A stretch of DNA of 64,000 nt from Candidatus Ghiorseimicrobium undicola (GTDB lineage: Bacteria; Omnitrophota; Gorgyraeia; Ghiorseimicrobiales; Ghiorseimicrobiaceae). Numbering within the stretch: position 1 is the first letter of the stretch; the number at the start of each line of letters is the position of its first letter. The notes beneath the pieces are model-generated. The model had not been told where the DNA came from. It was given only the letters and a program-made list of their open reading frames with translations, and made no database searches. Location of the stretch: NCBI GenBank assembly GCA_002796125.1, contig PCWA01000109.1, positions 1,347 through 65,346 on the forward strand, given 5' to 3'. A program made the translations under genes and the position numbers. This document shows positions 1-10,197 of the stretch, piece after piece.

Positions 1-443
1 AACGTGGTAATCAGCACATTGGCATAAGTATTGCCCCTTATTGCTATCAGCTCTTCAGATAATGATAATTTTACCATCCACAGGCGCGCCGGAAGCAAAT
101 CGTTTAACTTCTCCAAAACACCGCTCCAGGCAACATTCGTTTTAAGCTCCTTATCCAAAAACTCTATGCGCGTTTCTGCTTCTTTAGATTTCTGCTGCCA
201 AGAGTTTATCTGAGCGGAAATATTATCGCCTACCCTTCTATTTTCACTTAATCTTTGTGAAAGAGAGCTTAATTCAGAACTGCTTTGTTTTACTCGGTAT
301 GAATAGTACCCTATAGTTATAAGCTGAAAAATTGTAATGGCTACAAACAGGCAAATGGCCACTACGAATGATAAAAACATTATGTAGTCAAACTGTGTCT
401 TAAAGCTAAAAGGCGACTGGCCGCTTGTTAAGTCATCGCTCAT
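1..443 (-). CDS. pilN: Type IV pilus assembly protein PilN-like (partial, runs off window start)
   Basis: My own translation of the minus strand from the ATG at 443 gives MSDDLTSGQSPFSFKTQFDYIMFLSFVVAICLFVAI..., an N-terminal TM helix followed by a coiled region. It sits immediately downstream of pilM; there is no stop before the window edge. Confidence 0.5.
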   Translation of the reverse strand, partial: MSDDLTSGQSPFSFKTQFDYIMFLSFVVAICLFVAITIFQLITIGYYSYRVKQSSSELSSLSQRLSENRRVGDNISAQINSWQQKSKEAETRIEFLDKELKTNVAWSGVLEKLNDLLPARLWMVKLSLSEELIAIRGNTYANVLITT

Positions 444-460
444 AAGATTAGTTCGATGCA

Positions 461-1729
461 TCAAAAACCGTCCTTTCTTAACGCTAAACCTACGGCAAGC
501 GTAAAACGAGGAGCATTCCTTTTTATATAAACACTGTCAAACTTACCGCTGTCAATCAGGATTCTTTCAAAAGGGTTAGCCACTATCACGGGAATATTAA
601 AACGGCTGGATAGTATTTTATCCAGATCTTTAATCAGTGCCCCCCCGCCTGATAAAATCAATTTATCAAAACCGGTAATATTAAGCGTGCTTAATTGATG
701 CAGGTAAGATTTAAACGTATGCTCAATGATGTTGATTAATTTTTCTATTTTGAAACTCACGGCCTGATAGACGCACAGTTTTTCATTTAAAGCGCCTGTA
801 TCCTGATTTAATTTATCAAGCGCCTGCGAATCAAAAAACCCGCTCAAGCCGTATTCTATTTTTAAATTTTCCGCTTTTATTTTATCTACTCCGCAATAGC
901 TGGCAATTTCCTCGGTAAGTAAATCGGAGGCAATGGGAATATTGCGCGTAAAACGCAAAGACCCGTCAATGACAATGCTAAAATTTGTAAGCCTGGCGCC
1001 CAAATCCAATATGCCTAAAACTCTGCCTTCTTTACGTAATTTATCCGAACCAAAAGCTTCCACCACTGCCAGCGCAGGCGGCTCAAAAGCATGCGGATTA
1101 AGGCCGATATCTCTTATTGAATTAACCAGTTCGGCGACAACAGACTTTGGCACTGTTATAAGCAAAACTTCAAACTGCCGGGTCCCGAGTTTATCCGCTT
1201 CTCCCAAAACTATATAATCCATGGAAGTACTGTTGAGATCTATAGATAATTCATCCTGTGCCTCCCAGCGTAGTGCCTTGGCAATTTCTTCTTCAGGCAT
1301 AAAGGGAATCCGTATAGTCTGGATATTAACGGTATCTCCTCCGATGGAGGCAACGACATTTCCCTGGATCTTATGTTTCAAAATTAATTTTTTAAGAATT
1401 TCTTTCACCACCTCATAGCCCGGTTGTATCCCTTTAGGTAATTCTTCAATAAAAAAATCAGTCAATTCCAAGCCGGACTTGCCACGGTTTATTTGTATCA
1501 ATTTTATAGCACTGCTGCCGATATCCAGCCCGTAAATGTTTTTACTTAGTTGGGGAGGAGTAAAAATTGCCTTCAGCAGTGATTTAAAAAAATCCCGTGA
1601 AGAATTTTTTGAAGCCTGAAAACCTGATTTTTGATTTAAATTCTTTTTAAATTTTTTAAAAAAAGGGGATAATAAAGCTGATACTGTTGGGGAGGTTTTT
1701 ATTTGAGCTGATTTTATCTCTTCTTGCAC
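461..1729 (-). CDS. pilM: Type IV pilus assembly ATPase-like protein PilM
   Basis: 422 aa; actin-like ASKHA fold signature GLDIGSSAIKLIQI and overall PilM architecture. Confidence 0.8.
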   Translation of the reverse strand: MQEEIKSAQIKTSPTVSALLSPFFKKFKKNLNQKSGFQASKNSSRDFFKSLLKAIFTPPQLSKNIYGLDIGSSAIKLIQINRGKSGLELTDFFIEELPKGIQPGYEVVKEILKKLILKHKIQGNVVASIGGDTVNIQTIRIPFMPEEEIAKALRWEAQDELSIDLNSTSMDYIVLGEADKLGTRQFEVLLITVPKSVVAELVNSIRDIGLNPHAFEPPALAVVEAFGSDKLRKEGRVLGILDLGARLTNFSIVIDGSLRFTRNIPIASDLLTEEIASYCGVDKIKAENLKIEYGLSGFFDSQALDKLNQDTGALNEKLCVYQAVSFKIEKLINIIEHTFKSYLHQLSTLNITGFDKLILSGGGALIKDLDKILSSRFNIPVIVANPFERILIDSGKFDSVYIKRNAPRFTLAVGLALRKDGF

Positions 1730-1819
1730 TTATCGCTTTTATTTTAGAGAGGTTAGCATCATTTTAAAAAATGCATAAGCTGATTATTAAATTGATACTA
1801 ACATACCAGAAAAATATAG

Positions 1820-3073
1820 TCAAGTATTTTTTGATACCGTGCCGGATATTTTTTTGAATACCAGTTCCGGAAGATAAGCCTCAAGATTACATCCTGCTTC
1901 AACGTAATCAATATTTTCAATAGTCCCTTCTTTATAAACCATATCCAATATATTCATATGGTTTAACGGAATAAAAAATTTGTATTTTTTAAAAAGCTTG
2001 GGAAGGCAGGCCGTTATTAAAGACATAAGTTCATTTAAATTTTGTTTATTTTTTGCGGAAATTGCCACGCAATTTTTAAAATCTTGCTTTATGTGATTAA
2101 GCCAAATATAATCTTCCAGATTATCAATCTTATTTAAAACATTGATTACGGGTTTTTCAGCGGCTCCCAACTGCATGAGTACTTCATTCACCGAGCTAAT
2201 GCGCCCGGAAAAATTCTCCCGCGACACATCGATGACGTGTATAAGTAAATCTGACTCCGCAACCTCTTCCAGTGTTGCCTTAAAGGCCTCGATCAGGTGG
2301 TGCGGCAGGCGGTATAAAAAACCTACAGTATCAGACAAAACAACCCTTTGCCTGCCGGGTAAAATCAATAGCTTCGAAAGAGGGTCCAGCGTGGTAAACA
2401 GGCTGTTTTTAACAACCTGATGCGCAGAAGTAAGGGCATTTATTAGTGTTGATTTTCCCGCGTTCGTATATCCTACCAGCGATATCAACGGAATGCCGGC
2501 ATTAATTCTTTTTTTACGTATATTCTTTCTATGCTGGCTCAATAACTCAAAATCTTCCTTAAGCTTGGCGATTCTCCTGCGTATATTGCGCCTGTCTATT
2601 TCCAGCTTCTGCTCTCCGGGGCCCCTTGTACCTATGCCTCCGCCAAGGCGGGAAAGCATAACCCCCTTCCCGGAAAGCCGGGGGAGAATATATTCCAGTT
2701 GCGCAAGCTCCACCTGAACTTTGCCTTCCTGAGAATGAGCATTCCTGGCGAATATATCCAGTATTAACTGTGTTCTATCCAATACCCTCACGCTCAATAA
2801 ATCTTCCAGATTTCTATGTTGAGTAGGCGTCAATTCATTATTAAAAACAACGCATTCGATGCCGTACTTTTGGCATAACAAGCTGATCTCTCCCGCCTTG
2901 CCTTTTCCGATATAAAAATTAGGGGTGATATTCTTGCATGAACAGCTGATTTTATCCGCTACATGCAAACCTGCCGTAATTGCCAGCTCGGCCAATTCCT
3001 CTTGGCGCATGTTTAAAGAAAGCGTCTCTATTAAATGGCTAATATCAACCGTAATCAATAAAGCTCTTTGCAT
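1820..3073 (-). CDS. hflX: GTPase HflX
   Basis: 417 aa; HflX N-domain plus G-domain motifs (GYTNAGKSTL, DTVGF, NKID). Confidence 0.85.
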   Translation of the reverse strand: MQRALLITVDISHLIETLSLNMRQEELAELAITAGLHVADKISCSCKNITPNFYIGKGKAGEISLLCQKYGIECVVFNNELTPTQHRNLEDLLSVRVLDRTQLILDIFARNAHSQEGKVQVELAQLEYILPRLSGKGVMLSRLGGGIGTRGPGEQKLEIDRRNIRRRIAKLKEDFELLSQHRKNIRKKRINAGIPLISLVGYTNAGKSTLINALTSAHQVVKNSLFTTLDPLSKLLILPGRQRVVLSDTVGFLYRLPHHLIEAFKATLEEVAESDLLIHVIDVSRENFSGRISSVNEVLMQLGAAEKPVINVLNKIDNLEDYIWLNHIKQDFKNCVAISAKNKQNLNELMSLITACLPKLFKKYKFFIPLNHMNILDMVYKEGTIENIDYVEAGCNLEAYLPELVFKKISGTVSKNT

Positions 3074-3089
3074 AGCATTTACATTAAAA

Positions 3090-3893
3090 TTATACGATAG
3101 GAATAGTCATGCCGTCGTATGCGCATATTACGTTTACGCCCAGTTTATTCCTAAGCTCATCTTCCAATATATGCGGTTTAGCCTTAAGCATAGACATCCC
3201 AAAATGAGTAATAATTGCTTCTTTTGGCTTAGATATTTTAATAATATTTTCCGCATCAGCAAGGCTTAAATGGTCAACCCCGGGGTGCGGCTGATGAAAA
3301 ACCACATTTATGATTAAAATATCCGAGCCGTATGCATGGGATAATTCATCAAAATAACGCGTATCGCTTATCAACCCAACAGTCCTAGCACCAAGCTCAA
3401 ATTTTAAGCCATATGTTTCCACGCTATGGATATGACGCATAGCAGTGAAGAATTTTAGCTTACCTACAGTATAAGCAGCATTTTCCTTCAATATCTCCAC
3501 TCTCTCAATAGCGCCGCGTATATGAGAAGATATAATTGGTTCCGAATCAATGGCATCTGCGGGAAGAAACAATGAACCCCTTTTCCTAAATCCCCCTTCG
3601 GTCATGGCTTCCAGCATAACATTAACATCGTTAGAGTGATCAAGATGACGGTGCGTAATAATAACGCTATCCAGCTGTTCGGGATCAAGCTTAGGACGCG
3701 AGCTTAAACACCTTAGCAAACTCCCCGGCCCGGGGTCTAAGAGAACATTTACGCCTTCATAATTTATCCAGATGCCTCCGGAAGCCCTTAACTGTTTCAG
3801 CATCACAAAACGCGCACCAGCCGTTCCAAGAAACTTAAGAAAACCGCCGGAGCCCTGCTGTATTTTACGCTGCTTTTTAAATTTTTCAGGCAT
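3090..3893 (-). CDS. Metallo-beta-lactamase fold hydrolase
   Basis: 267 aa; HRHLDH (HxHxDH) zinc-binding motif. Confidence 0.7.
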   Translation of the reverse strand: MPEKFKKQRKIQQGSGGFLKFLGTAGARFVMLKQLRASGGIWINYEGVNVLLDPGPGSLLRCLSSRPKLDPEQLDSVIITHRHLDHSNDVNVMLEAMTEGGFRKRGSLFLPADAIDSEPIISSHIRGAIERVEILKENAAYTVGKLKFFTAMRHIHSVETYGLKFELGARTVGLISDTRYFDELSHAYGSDILIINVVFHQPHPGVDHLSLADAENIIKISKPKEAIITHFGMSMLKAKPHILEDELRNKLGVNVICAYDGMTIPIV

Positions 3894-3898
3894 CTGTT

Positions 3899-4038
3899 TA
3901 GTGCGCTGTTAATTTAATTTTTAATAGGACAGCGCACAGAGCAATTGAGCAATAGATAATAGAACAATAGACAAGCAAAAGCTCAATTGCGGTCTATTTT
4001 CTATTGCTCTATTGTTCAAGAATTAGTTTAACAATGTA
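3899..4038. repeat. Structured ~140 bp repeat, copy A; inverted copy of 17479-17621
   Basis: Nested palindromes gtgcgctgt...acagcgcac and gcaattgagc...gctcaattgc. The reverse complement matches 17494-17621 with about 4 mismatches. Confidence 0.85.
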
Positions 4039-4059
4039 TTAGCATGATTTTTAAGTAAG

Positions 4060-4551
4060 TTATTCTTCTTTCAGCCAAAACCTGCTCAATTCTTCGGTGA
4101 TCTTGCGCTCCAAAGAAGGCAAAAGCTTAATATTATCGCTTTTATGATCCAGTTTTTTCTCTTTTTTCCGCAGAAACTCATCAACGCCGACCCATAACGC
4201 ACCCTGCGCGCGCACCCGATAACCCAATTGCCTGTCATCCGTAATAACTACGGCATTTTTTGGATTAGGCATTCTATCCACCATCTCAACAATTACCCCA
4301 TCGGCGTCCTTAGACCTGGAAAAAATAATCTTAATATTGCCGTATTTCTTTTTATCTTCATTTAAAACATAATTACCGGGATTATGAAGGGCATCAAAAA
4401 CTACGGTTATGTTATTACGGAGGCTTTGGGAGATTTTATTGGTTTGTAAAAACCTGAGGAAGAGATCCCTTGCTTCTTCCAGGTTTTTATCTTTCCAGGC
4501 CTGAGATTTTTTTACCACGTTGTAACCATCGATTATGTAGTGCAACGACAT
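4060..4551 (-). CDS. YacP-like NYN-domain protein (putative Rae1-type ribonuclease)
   Basis: 163 aa; N-terminal IIDGYNVV motif typical of YacP/NYN. Overlaps the upstream ORF by 65 bp. Confidence 0.6.
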   Translation of the reverse strand: MSLHYIIDGYNVVKKSQAWKDKNLEEARDLFLRFLQTNKISQSLRNNITVVFDALHNPGNYVLNEDKKKYGNIKIIFSRSKDADGVIVEMVDRMPNPKNAVVITDDRQLGYRVRAQGALWVGVDEFLRKKEKKLDHKSDNIKLLPSLERKITEELSRFWLKEE

Positions 4552-5458
4552 AAATTATCCCGCATAAAATACTGGCTATGGCCATAAAAGAAAAGTTTAG
4601 CAATGAGGCGGCTACGGCAATATCTTTGGTTATGCCGACCTTAGCAAAAAAGAAAGCGCTACCCATATCTCTTATTCCCAGGCCTCCGATAGAAAGAGGT
4701 ATCATAGCGGCTACATTAATCAACGGAACCGCGATAAAGAAGAAAATAAGATTCAGCTTATATCCCAAAGAAAGAAATATTAAATAATAGCTGAAGACTA
4801 TGGCAATCTGCGCCAGAAGCGAAATCAGCAAAGAATCCAATAAAACCTTTTTCTTTTTGCGGAAAAAGAAAATTTCCGCATGCAGGCTCTCCGCCTTTAT
4901 CCTGAATGAATTAACAGGAATTAACATCTTCAATTTAGAAAAAAGATTTTTAGTAAAAAATATCCAAACCATAATCAGTACTATTGAAAATAAAATCAAT
5001 ACCGGATTTAATATCCCTTGTTCTTTAATATAGGTGTGGCCTAAACCGATAGATATTAGAACTATCAGGCTTAAAGCTACAAATCCGGATAATCTATCCA
5101 GCAGTACGGTCGCGGCTATTTCTCGCGTACGCTTTGCATGATTTGTTAAATCAGCGATGCGTACAAAATCCCCCCCTATCGTTGAGGGCAAAAAAAGATT
5201 AAAAAATATTCCGCCGGCGTAAGAAACTACTAGGCGCCCAAAAGGCGCGTTGACACCAGCGCTTTTCAATAAAAGGCACCAGCGGAAAAAACAAAGAATA
5301 TAAATTAATAAAAAAAGCAAACCGGTTAAACATAATAATTCCCATCTGGCTGTATGAGTAACGCCGATAATCTTTTTAATACCTATCCATTTAAACAAAA
5401 AAAACAGCATAACTATGCTTATGCTGGCCCTTAAGACAATAGAAAATATTACTTTCAC
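4487..5458 (-). CDS. Membrane protein with lysylphosphatidylglycerol-synthase-type TM (flippase-like) domain, UPF0104/MprF-like
   Basis: 323 aa polytopic membrane protein; LPSTIGGDFVR motif. Confidence 0.6.
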   Translation of the reverse strand: MKVIFSIVLRASISIVMLFFLFKWIGIKKIIGVTHTARWELLCLTGLLFLLIYILCFFRWCLLLKSAGVNAPFGRLVVSYAGGIFFNLFLPSTIGGDFVRIADLTNHAKRTREIAATVLLDRLSGFVALSLIVLISIGLGHTYIKEQGILNPVLILFSIVLIMVWIFFTKNLFSKLKMLIPVNSFRIKAESLHAEIFFFRKKKKVLLDSLLISLLAQIAIVFSYYLIFLSLGYKLNLIFFFIAVPLINVAAMIPLSIGGLGIRDMGSAFFFAKVGITKDIAVAASLLNFSFMAIASILCGIIYVVALHNRWLQRGKKISGLER

Positions 5459-5463
5459 TTATA

Positions 5464-7260
5464 TCATCCTTTGTAATTCTTTATACGGGAATATAATGCC
5501 TTATATTCCTGCCAAAGTTCACGCGGCAGGCTATTTTTAAACTTCTTAAAGAAAGTCTTTATGCTTTCCAATTCTACCATCCAGTCCTTTTTATGTATTT
5601 CAAAAAGCTTCTGCAGTGAATTTTTACTAAGTTTTAGCCCGGTTATATCTATATCAGATATTTTTGGTATATATCCTACGGGGGTTTGAACTGCGCTAAT
5701 CTTATTGTTGCACCTGTCAAGTATCCATTCCAGAACTCTTAAGTTTTCTCCAAAGCCGGGCCAGAGAAACTTACCGTTTTCATCTATTCTAAACCAATTA
5801 ACATGAAAAATTTTCGGAGCTTTGGGCATATTTTTACCCATCTTCAACCAATGTTTAAAGTATTCTGCCATATTATATCCGCAAAACGGAAACATTGCCA
5901 TGGGGTCGCGGCGGACCTCTCCTAATTTCCCTACTTGCGCTGCCGTACGCTCAGAAGCCATAGTAGCCCCTAAAAACACTCCATGCTGCCAATTAAACGA
6001 TTCATAAACCAAAGGCGCTAAATGCTGCCGTCGTCCGCCAAAAACAATAGCGGATATAGGCACGCCGTGGTGCTGTTCTAATCGAAATGATACGCTGGGA
6101 CAATTCTCTATGGGGGTAGTAAAACGGCTATTTGGATGCGCGCCTAGAATAGGCCTGCCGGAGGCATCAAACATCCCCGGTCTCCATGGCCTCCCCTGCC
6201 AATCAATACCTTCGGCAGGTATTTCTCCGTCAGCTCCTTCCCACCATACCGTGCCATCAGGCTTTAAAAGTACGTTGGTAAAGATAGTATCTTTTTTTAT
6301 TGTTTCGACCATATTCGGGTTAGTCCGGCTGTTGGTGCCCGGGGCTACGCCAAAAAATCCCGACTCCGGATTAATCGCCCAAAGCGCGCCGTCAGAATCA
6401 ATGCGCATCCATGCAATATCATCTCCCACTGTCCATATACGATAACCCTTTCGCCTCAGGCCCTGAGGAGGAATTAACATGGCAAGATTTGTTTTACCGC
6501 AGGCACTGGGAAAAGCCGCGGCAATATATTCTATGTGGCCGTTAGGCTCTTCTATGCCCATAATTAACATATGCTCTGCCAACCACATTTCCCGGCGGGC
6601 GATGACACTTGCGATTCTCAAAGAAAGGCACTTTTTACCCAGAAGAACGTTACCGCCATAGCCGGAACCAACGCTCCATATAGTGTTATCTTCCGGAAAA
6701 TGCAATATCATACGTTTATTAATATCCAAATCTGCCTTAGAATGCAGGCATTTAGTAAAATCATCCTTATCTTCCAGGTGCCGTAAGACAGCTTCCCCTA
6801 CCCGCGTCATAATTAACATGTTCAATACAACATAACGCGAATCAGTAAGCTCTACGCCTATTTTACTGAATTCCGAACCAACCGGCCCCATCGAAAAAGG
6901 AATAACGTACATGGTCCGCCAACGCATGGAGCCCTTAAAAATAGCCTCCGCTTTTTTGTAAGCCAATTTCGGAGGCATCCAGTTACTTGTCGGCCCTGCC
7001 GTACGCTTTCTTTTTGTACATATAAAAGTGAGGTGTTCCGTACGCGCCACATCATCTATTGATGTACGATGCAAAAAACATCCAGGGAGCTTCTTTTGAT
7101 TTAAACGGATAAGCTCTCCGCTTAACACCGATTCTTCCTGAAGCCTAAGTTTTTGCTCTTCTGAACCGTCAATCCAAACAATATCCTGCGGCTCGCATAA
7201 TCGCGTCATTTTATCAACCCAATTGATTAATTTTTTATTGTGTGTAGGATATTTCTTCAT
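5464..7260 (-). CDS. pckG: Phosphoenolpyruvate carboxykinase (GTP)
   Basis: 598 aa; GTP-PEPCK motifs (FPSACGKTN, the kinase-1a P-loop). Confidence 0.9.
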   Translation of the reverse strand: MKKYPTHNKKLINWVDKMTRLCEPQDIVWIDGSEEQKLRLQEESVLSGELIRLNQKKLPGCFLHRTSIDDVARTEHLTFICTKRKRTAGPTSNWMPPKLAYKKAEAIFKGSMRWRTMYVIPFSMGPVGSEFSKIGVELTDSRYVVLNMLIMTRVGEAVLRHLEDKDDFTKCLHSKADLDINKRMILHFPEDNTIWSVGSGYGGNVLLGKKCLSLRIASVIARREMWLAEHMLIMGIEEPNGHIEYIAAAFPSACGKTNLAMLIPPQGLRRKGYRIWTVGDDIAWMRIDSDGALWAINPESGFFGVAPGTNSRTNPNMVETIKKDTIFTNVLLKPDGTVWWEGADGEIPAEGIDWQGRPWRPGMFDASGRPILGAHPNSRFTTPIENCPSVSFRLEQHHGVPISAIVFGGRRQHLAPLVYESFNWQHGVFLGATMASERTAAQVGKLGEVRRDPMAMFPFCGYNMAEYFKHWLKMGKNMPKAPKIFHVNWFRIDENGKFLWPGFGENLRVLEWILDRCNNKISAVQTPVGYIPKISDIDITGLKLSKNSLQKLFEIHKKDWMVELESIKTFFKKFKNSLPRELWQEYKALYSRIKNYKG

Positions 7261-7261
7261 G

Positions 7262-8176
7262 TTAATTTAGGCTCTCCAGATACCGCTGGATGCAGAAAGC
7301 AGCAGTCGCCCCATCAGAACAAGCAGTAACTACTTGCCTTAATATCTTCTGGCGGCAGTCGCCGGCGGCAAATATACCTTTTTTGTTTGTCTGCATACAT
7401 TCATCGGTCAAAATATGGCCGTGTTCATCTAATTTTACTAAATCAGCCAGGAAACCGGTTGCCGGAGCCCTCCCCACATATATAAAAACCCCGCTGCAGC
7501 GTATATTTTCTTCTTTTTTTGTCTTAACATTCTTCAAGACCATCCCATCTACTTTATCTTTGCCTGATATTTTCACGACTACAGAATCCCAGACAGGCGT
7601 AATTTTATCATTACCAAGCACCCTCTCCCTCAGTATTTCCGCAGCTCTTAAAGTATCTCTTCGATGAACAAGAAAAACTTTCTCGCAGAATTTAGCCAGA
7701 TACAAGGCCTCTTCTACGGCGGTATCACCGCCGCCAATAACCGCTACCTGCTTGCCGCGGAATAAAGGCGCATCACAAGTGGCGCAATAGGAAACCCCTT
7801 TACCAATCAATAAATCTTCCCCCTCAACACCCAGGCGCTTAGGGTCAGAGCCCACCGAAATAATAATTGATTTAGATATACGCTCCGCTATATCTGTCTT
7901 TACGATCCAGCCGGATTCATCTTTCTTTATACCGCTTACTTCTTCTTGTAAAATCTCAACGCCCAGGCCCTTAACCTGTTTTTCCATATCAAGCATCAGG
8001 TCCCTGGCCAAAGGCGGCTCTTTAAAACCAGGGTAATTTTCTATGTATTCCGTAAGTAAAATCTGTCCGCCGCATGAAATTTTTTCCAAAATAAGAGTCT
8101 TTAATTTGCTTCTGCCGGCATATAACCCCGCTGTTAATCCAGCAGGGCCTGCCCCGATTATTACTACATCATACAT
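7262..8176 (-). CDS. trxB: Thioredoxin-disulfide reductase
   Basis: 304 aa; GAGPAG FAD site, CATC redox motif, NADPH GGGDTA site. Confidence 0.9.
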   Translation of the reverse strand: MYDVVIIGAGPAGLTAGLYAGRSKLKTLILEKISCGGQILLTEYIENYPGFKEPPLARDLMLDMEKQVKGLGVEILQEEVSGIKKDESGWIVKTDIAERISKSIIISVGSDPKRLGVEGEDLLIGKGVSYCATCDAPLFRGKQVAVIGGGDTAVEEALYLAKFCEKVFLVHRRDTLRAAEILRERVLGNDKITPVWDSVVVKISGKDKVDGMVLKNVKTKKEENIRCSGVFIYVGRAPATGFLADLVKLDEHGHILTDECMQTNKKGIFAAGDCRQKILRQVVTACSDGATAAFCIQRYLESLN

Positions 8177-9051
8177 TATTTAAATCCTTTCAAGCGGCGA
8201 TAGGTTTCCTCCGCTTTATACGAGCTTCTTACCAAAGGCCCTGATAAAACAGCCTTGAAACCCAAATCCAATGCAATATTTCTATATTCTATAAATTCTT
8301 CTCTGTCAAGAAATCTTTTTACGGGAAAATGCCGCTTTGATGGAGAAAGATATTGCCCCAGTGTAATTATATCGCAGTCAACGCTTTTTAAATCTCTTAA
8401 AACTTTTATAACCTCATCTTTTTTTTCCCCCAGGCCCAGCATTATACCCGACTTAACCGGCATCGCGGGATCCAGAGCCTTGATACTGCGCAAAACAGCC
8501 AACGATCTGTCATAAAAAGAGCTGTCGCGCCTAAGCTCGGGATAAAGGCGCTTAACCATTTCAAGATTATGCGCAAGGCAGTCCGGTTTTTCATATACGA
8601 TTTTATGCAAAGCATCGAAAGATCCTGAAAAATCAGGAATAAGCAGTTCTATTTTTGTATCCTTGCCCAGAGAGCGTATAGATCTTAATACTTTTATAAA
8701 CTGGCTGCATCCGTAATCTAGTAAATCATCACGCGTTACGGAAGTAATTACCGCATAAGCAAGCCCCATGCTTTCTATCGCAAGCGCTATATTCAAAGCT
8801 TCATTATCATCAAGCTCATCCGGAGCGCCTTTATCCACCGCGCAAAAAAGGCATTTACGCGTACAGATATCTCCCAGGATCAAAAAGGTAGCGGTATTAT
8901 CCTTTAGGCAGCGGCTTAAATTCGGGCAACGCGCGCTCGAACAAACCGTATTTATATTGTATTTGGAAAATAAGGTTTTCCTTTTTTCCAGTAAAATACT
9001 ATCCGGTATTTGCTGAAAAAATTGAACAGGAAGATCAAAGGGCAAAATCAC
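8176..9051 (-). CDS. lipA: Lipoyl synthase
   Basis: 291 aa; CX4CX5C auxiliary cluster (CSSARCPNLSRC), radical-SAM CTRKCLFC, C-terminal RSSY. Confidence 0.85.
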   Translation of the reverse strand: MILPFDLPVQFFQQIPDSILLEKRKTLFSKYNINTVCSSARCPNLSRCLKDNTATFLILGDICTRKCLFCAVDKGAPDELDDNEALNIALAIESMGLAYAVITSVTRDDLLDYGCSQFIKVLRSIRSLGKDTKIELLIPDFSGSFDALHKIVYEKPDCLAHNLEMVKRLYPELRRDSSFYDRSLAVLRSIKALDPAMPVKSGIMLGLGEKKDEVIKVLRDLKSVDCDIITLGQYLSPSKRHFPVKRFLDREEFIEYRNIALDLGFKAVLSGPLVRSSYKAEETYRRLKGFK

Positions 9052-9063
9052 TCCTTAATATTG

Positions 9064-9264
9064 TTACTTTTGATTTATCTTTATGAAATTTTCTACGGAC
9101 CTATCGTAGGCGCGTTCTGCCTGGGGGTTAAAAAAACAAGCGGGAAGCTGCCGGTTTTTTCTGTGATACAATATACATTCACAACAGACACCTTTCCTGC
9201 CGCAGGAACTATAAGTACAATTACAGTTTTTTAAATTAATTTCTTTATTTACGCAATTAGACAT
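9064..9264 (-). CDS. Small cysteine-rich protein (8 Cys in 66 aa), possible metal-binding
   Basis: C-x9-C-x-C-x4-C-x5-CC-x-C-x12-C; ends 13 bp upstream of lipA on the same strand. I do not recognise a family. Confidence 0.4.
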   Translation of the reverse strand: MSNCVNKEINLKNCNCTYSSCGRKGVCCECILYHRKNRQLPACFFNPQAERAYDRSVENFIKINQK

Positions 9265-9309
9265 TTTTCACTGTGAGCTGCCCCGCTTGCCGCGGTGAAA
9301 TACCCGCCG

Positions 9310-9816
9310 CTAATTAAGGCGAAGCGCCTTCTTCCTAGCCTTTGAAAAATCGGCCTTTAGAAGAAGCTTCCTATGCCATGGAGCATAATCAATAATTAAC
9401 TTTCCGTTTAAATGGTCCACCTCATGCTGAAAAACCCTAGCAAGCAAATCATGGGCATCGAATTTTACTGATTGGTTATGTTCATTGATCCCGGCTACTA
9501 CGATATCTTTTGCCCGGCACACTTTCACAACAATATCAGGGAGGCTAAGGCAACCCTCCTCCTGGCTGACTCTGCCTGCTTTCTTTATGATTTTAGGATT
9601 GGCAATTTTAATTATACCCGTGCCTATATCAATAACCAGCATCTGCTTATTGACGCCTACCTGATTGGCAGCCAGGCCTACGCCGTTGGCTTTATGCATA
9701 ATTTCAACCATAGAAGAAAAAAAAGCGCGTTCTTCTTCCCCGATAAACTGCAAACACTCTGTTTTCTTCTTTAATACAGGGGAGGCGTAGGTATATATCT
9801 TTAATTCTTTGCTCAT
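9310..9816 (-). CDS. def: Peptide deformylase
   Basis: 168 aa; GVGLAANQ, EGCLS, QHEVDHL motifs. Confidence 0.9.
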   Translation of the reverse strand: MSKELKIYTYASPVLKKKTECLQFIGEEERAFFSSMVEIMHKANGVGLAANQVGVNKQMLVIDIGTGIIKIANPKIIKKAGRVSQEEGCLSLPDIVVKVCRAKDIVVAGINEHNQSVKFDAHDLLARVFQHEVDHLNGKLIIDYAPWHRKLLLKADFSKARKKALRLN

Positions 9817-10169
9817 TTTATCTTTTCTATTTTATTACTTTTATTTAAATAAACTATTTTCGGCTTTAATGCTTTGGCATCAGATTCGCTTACATTAACA
9901 TAGCCTAAGATTATCACTTCATCGCCCACGCAGGCAAAACGCGCGGCTGGGCCATTCAGACAGATTATACCGCTATTTTCTTTACCGACTATAGCATAAG
10001 TTTCTATGCGCTGTCCATTATTCAAATTAAGAACCTCTACCTTTTCATGCGGATAAATATCTGCCGCTTTTAATATAACGTTATCTATGGTAATGCTGCC
10101 CTCATACTGAAGCTCCGCCTGCGTAACCTGCGCTTTATGAATTTTTGATTTTAACATCGTTCTAAACAT
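9813..10169 (-). CDS. panD: Aspartate 1-decarboxylase
   Basis: 118 aa; MFRTMLKSKIHKA...GSITID pyruvoyl-dependent PanD signature. Confidence 0.9.
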   Translation of the reverse strand: MFRTMLKSKIHKAQVTQAELQYEGSITIDNVILKAADIYPHEKVEVLNLNNGQRIETYAIVGKENSGIICLNGPAARFACVGDEVIILGYVNVSESDAKALKPKIVYLNKSNKIEKIK

Positions 10170-10197
10170 ATTTTACCCCTTGTAAAAATTCCCGCTT

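Noticed and set aside
2925-3269. 114-aa plus-strand ORF bridging the hflX / MBL-hydrolase junction
   Set aside because: It is antisense to two confidently called genes and has no recognisable domain.
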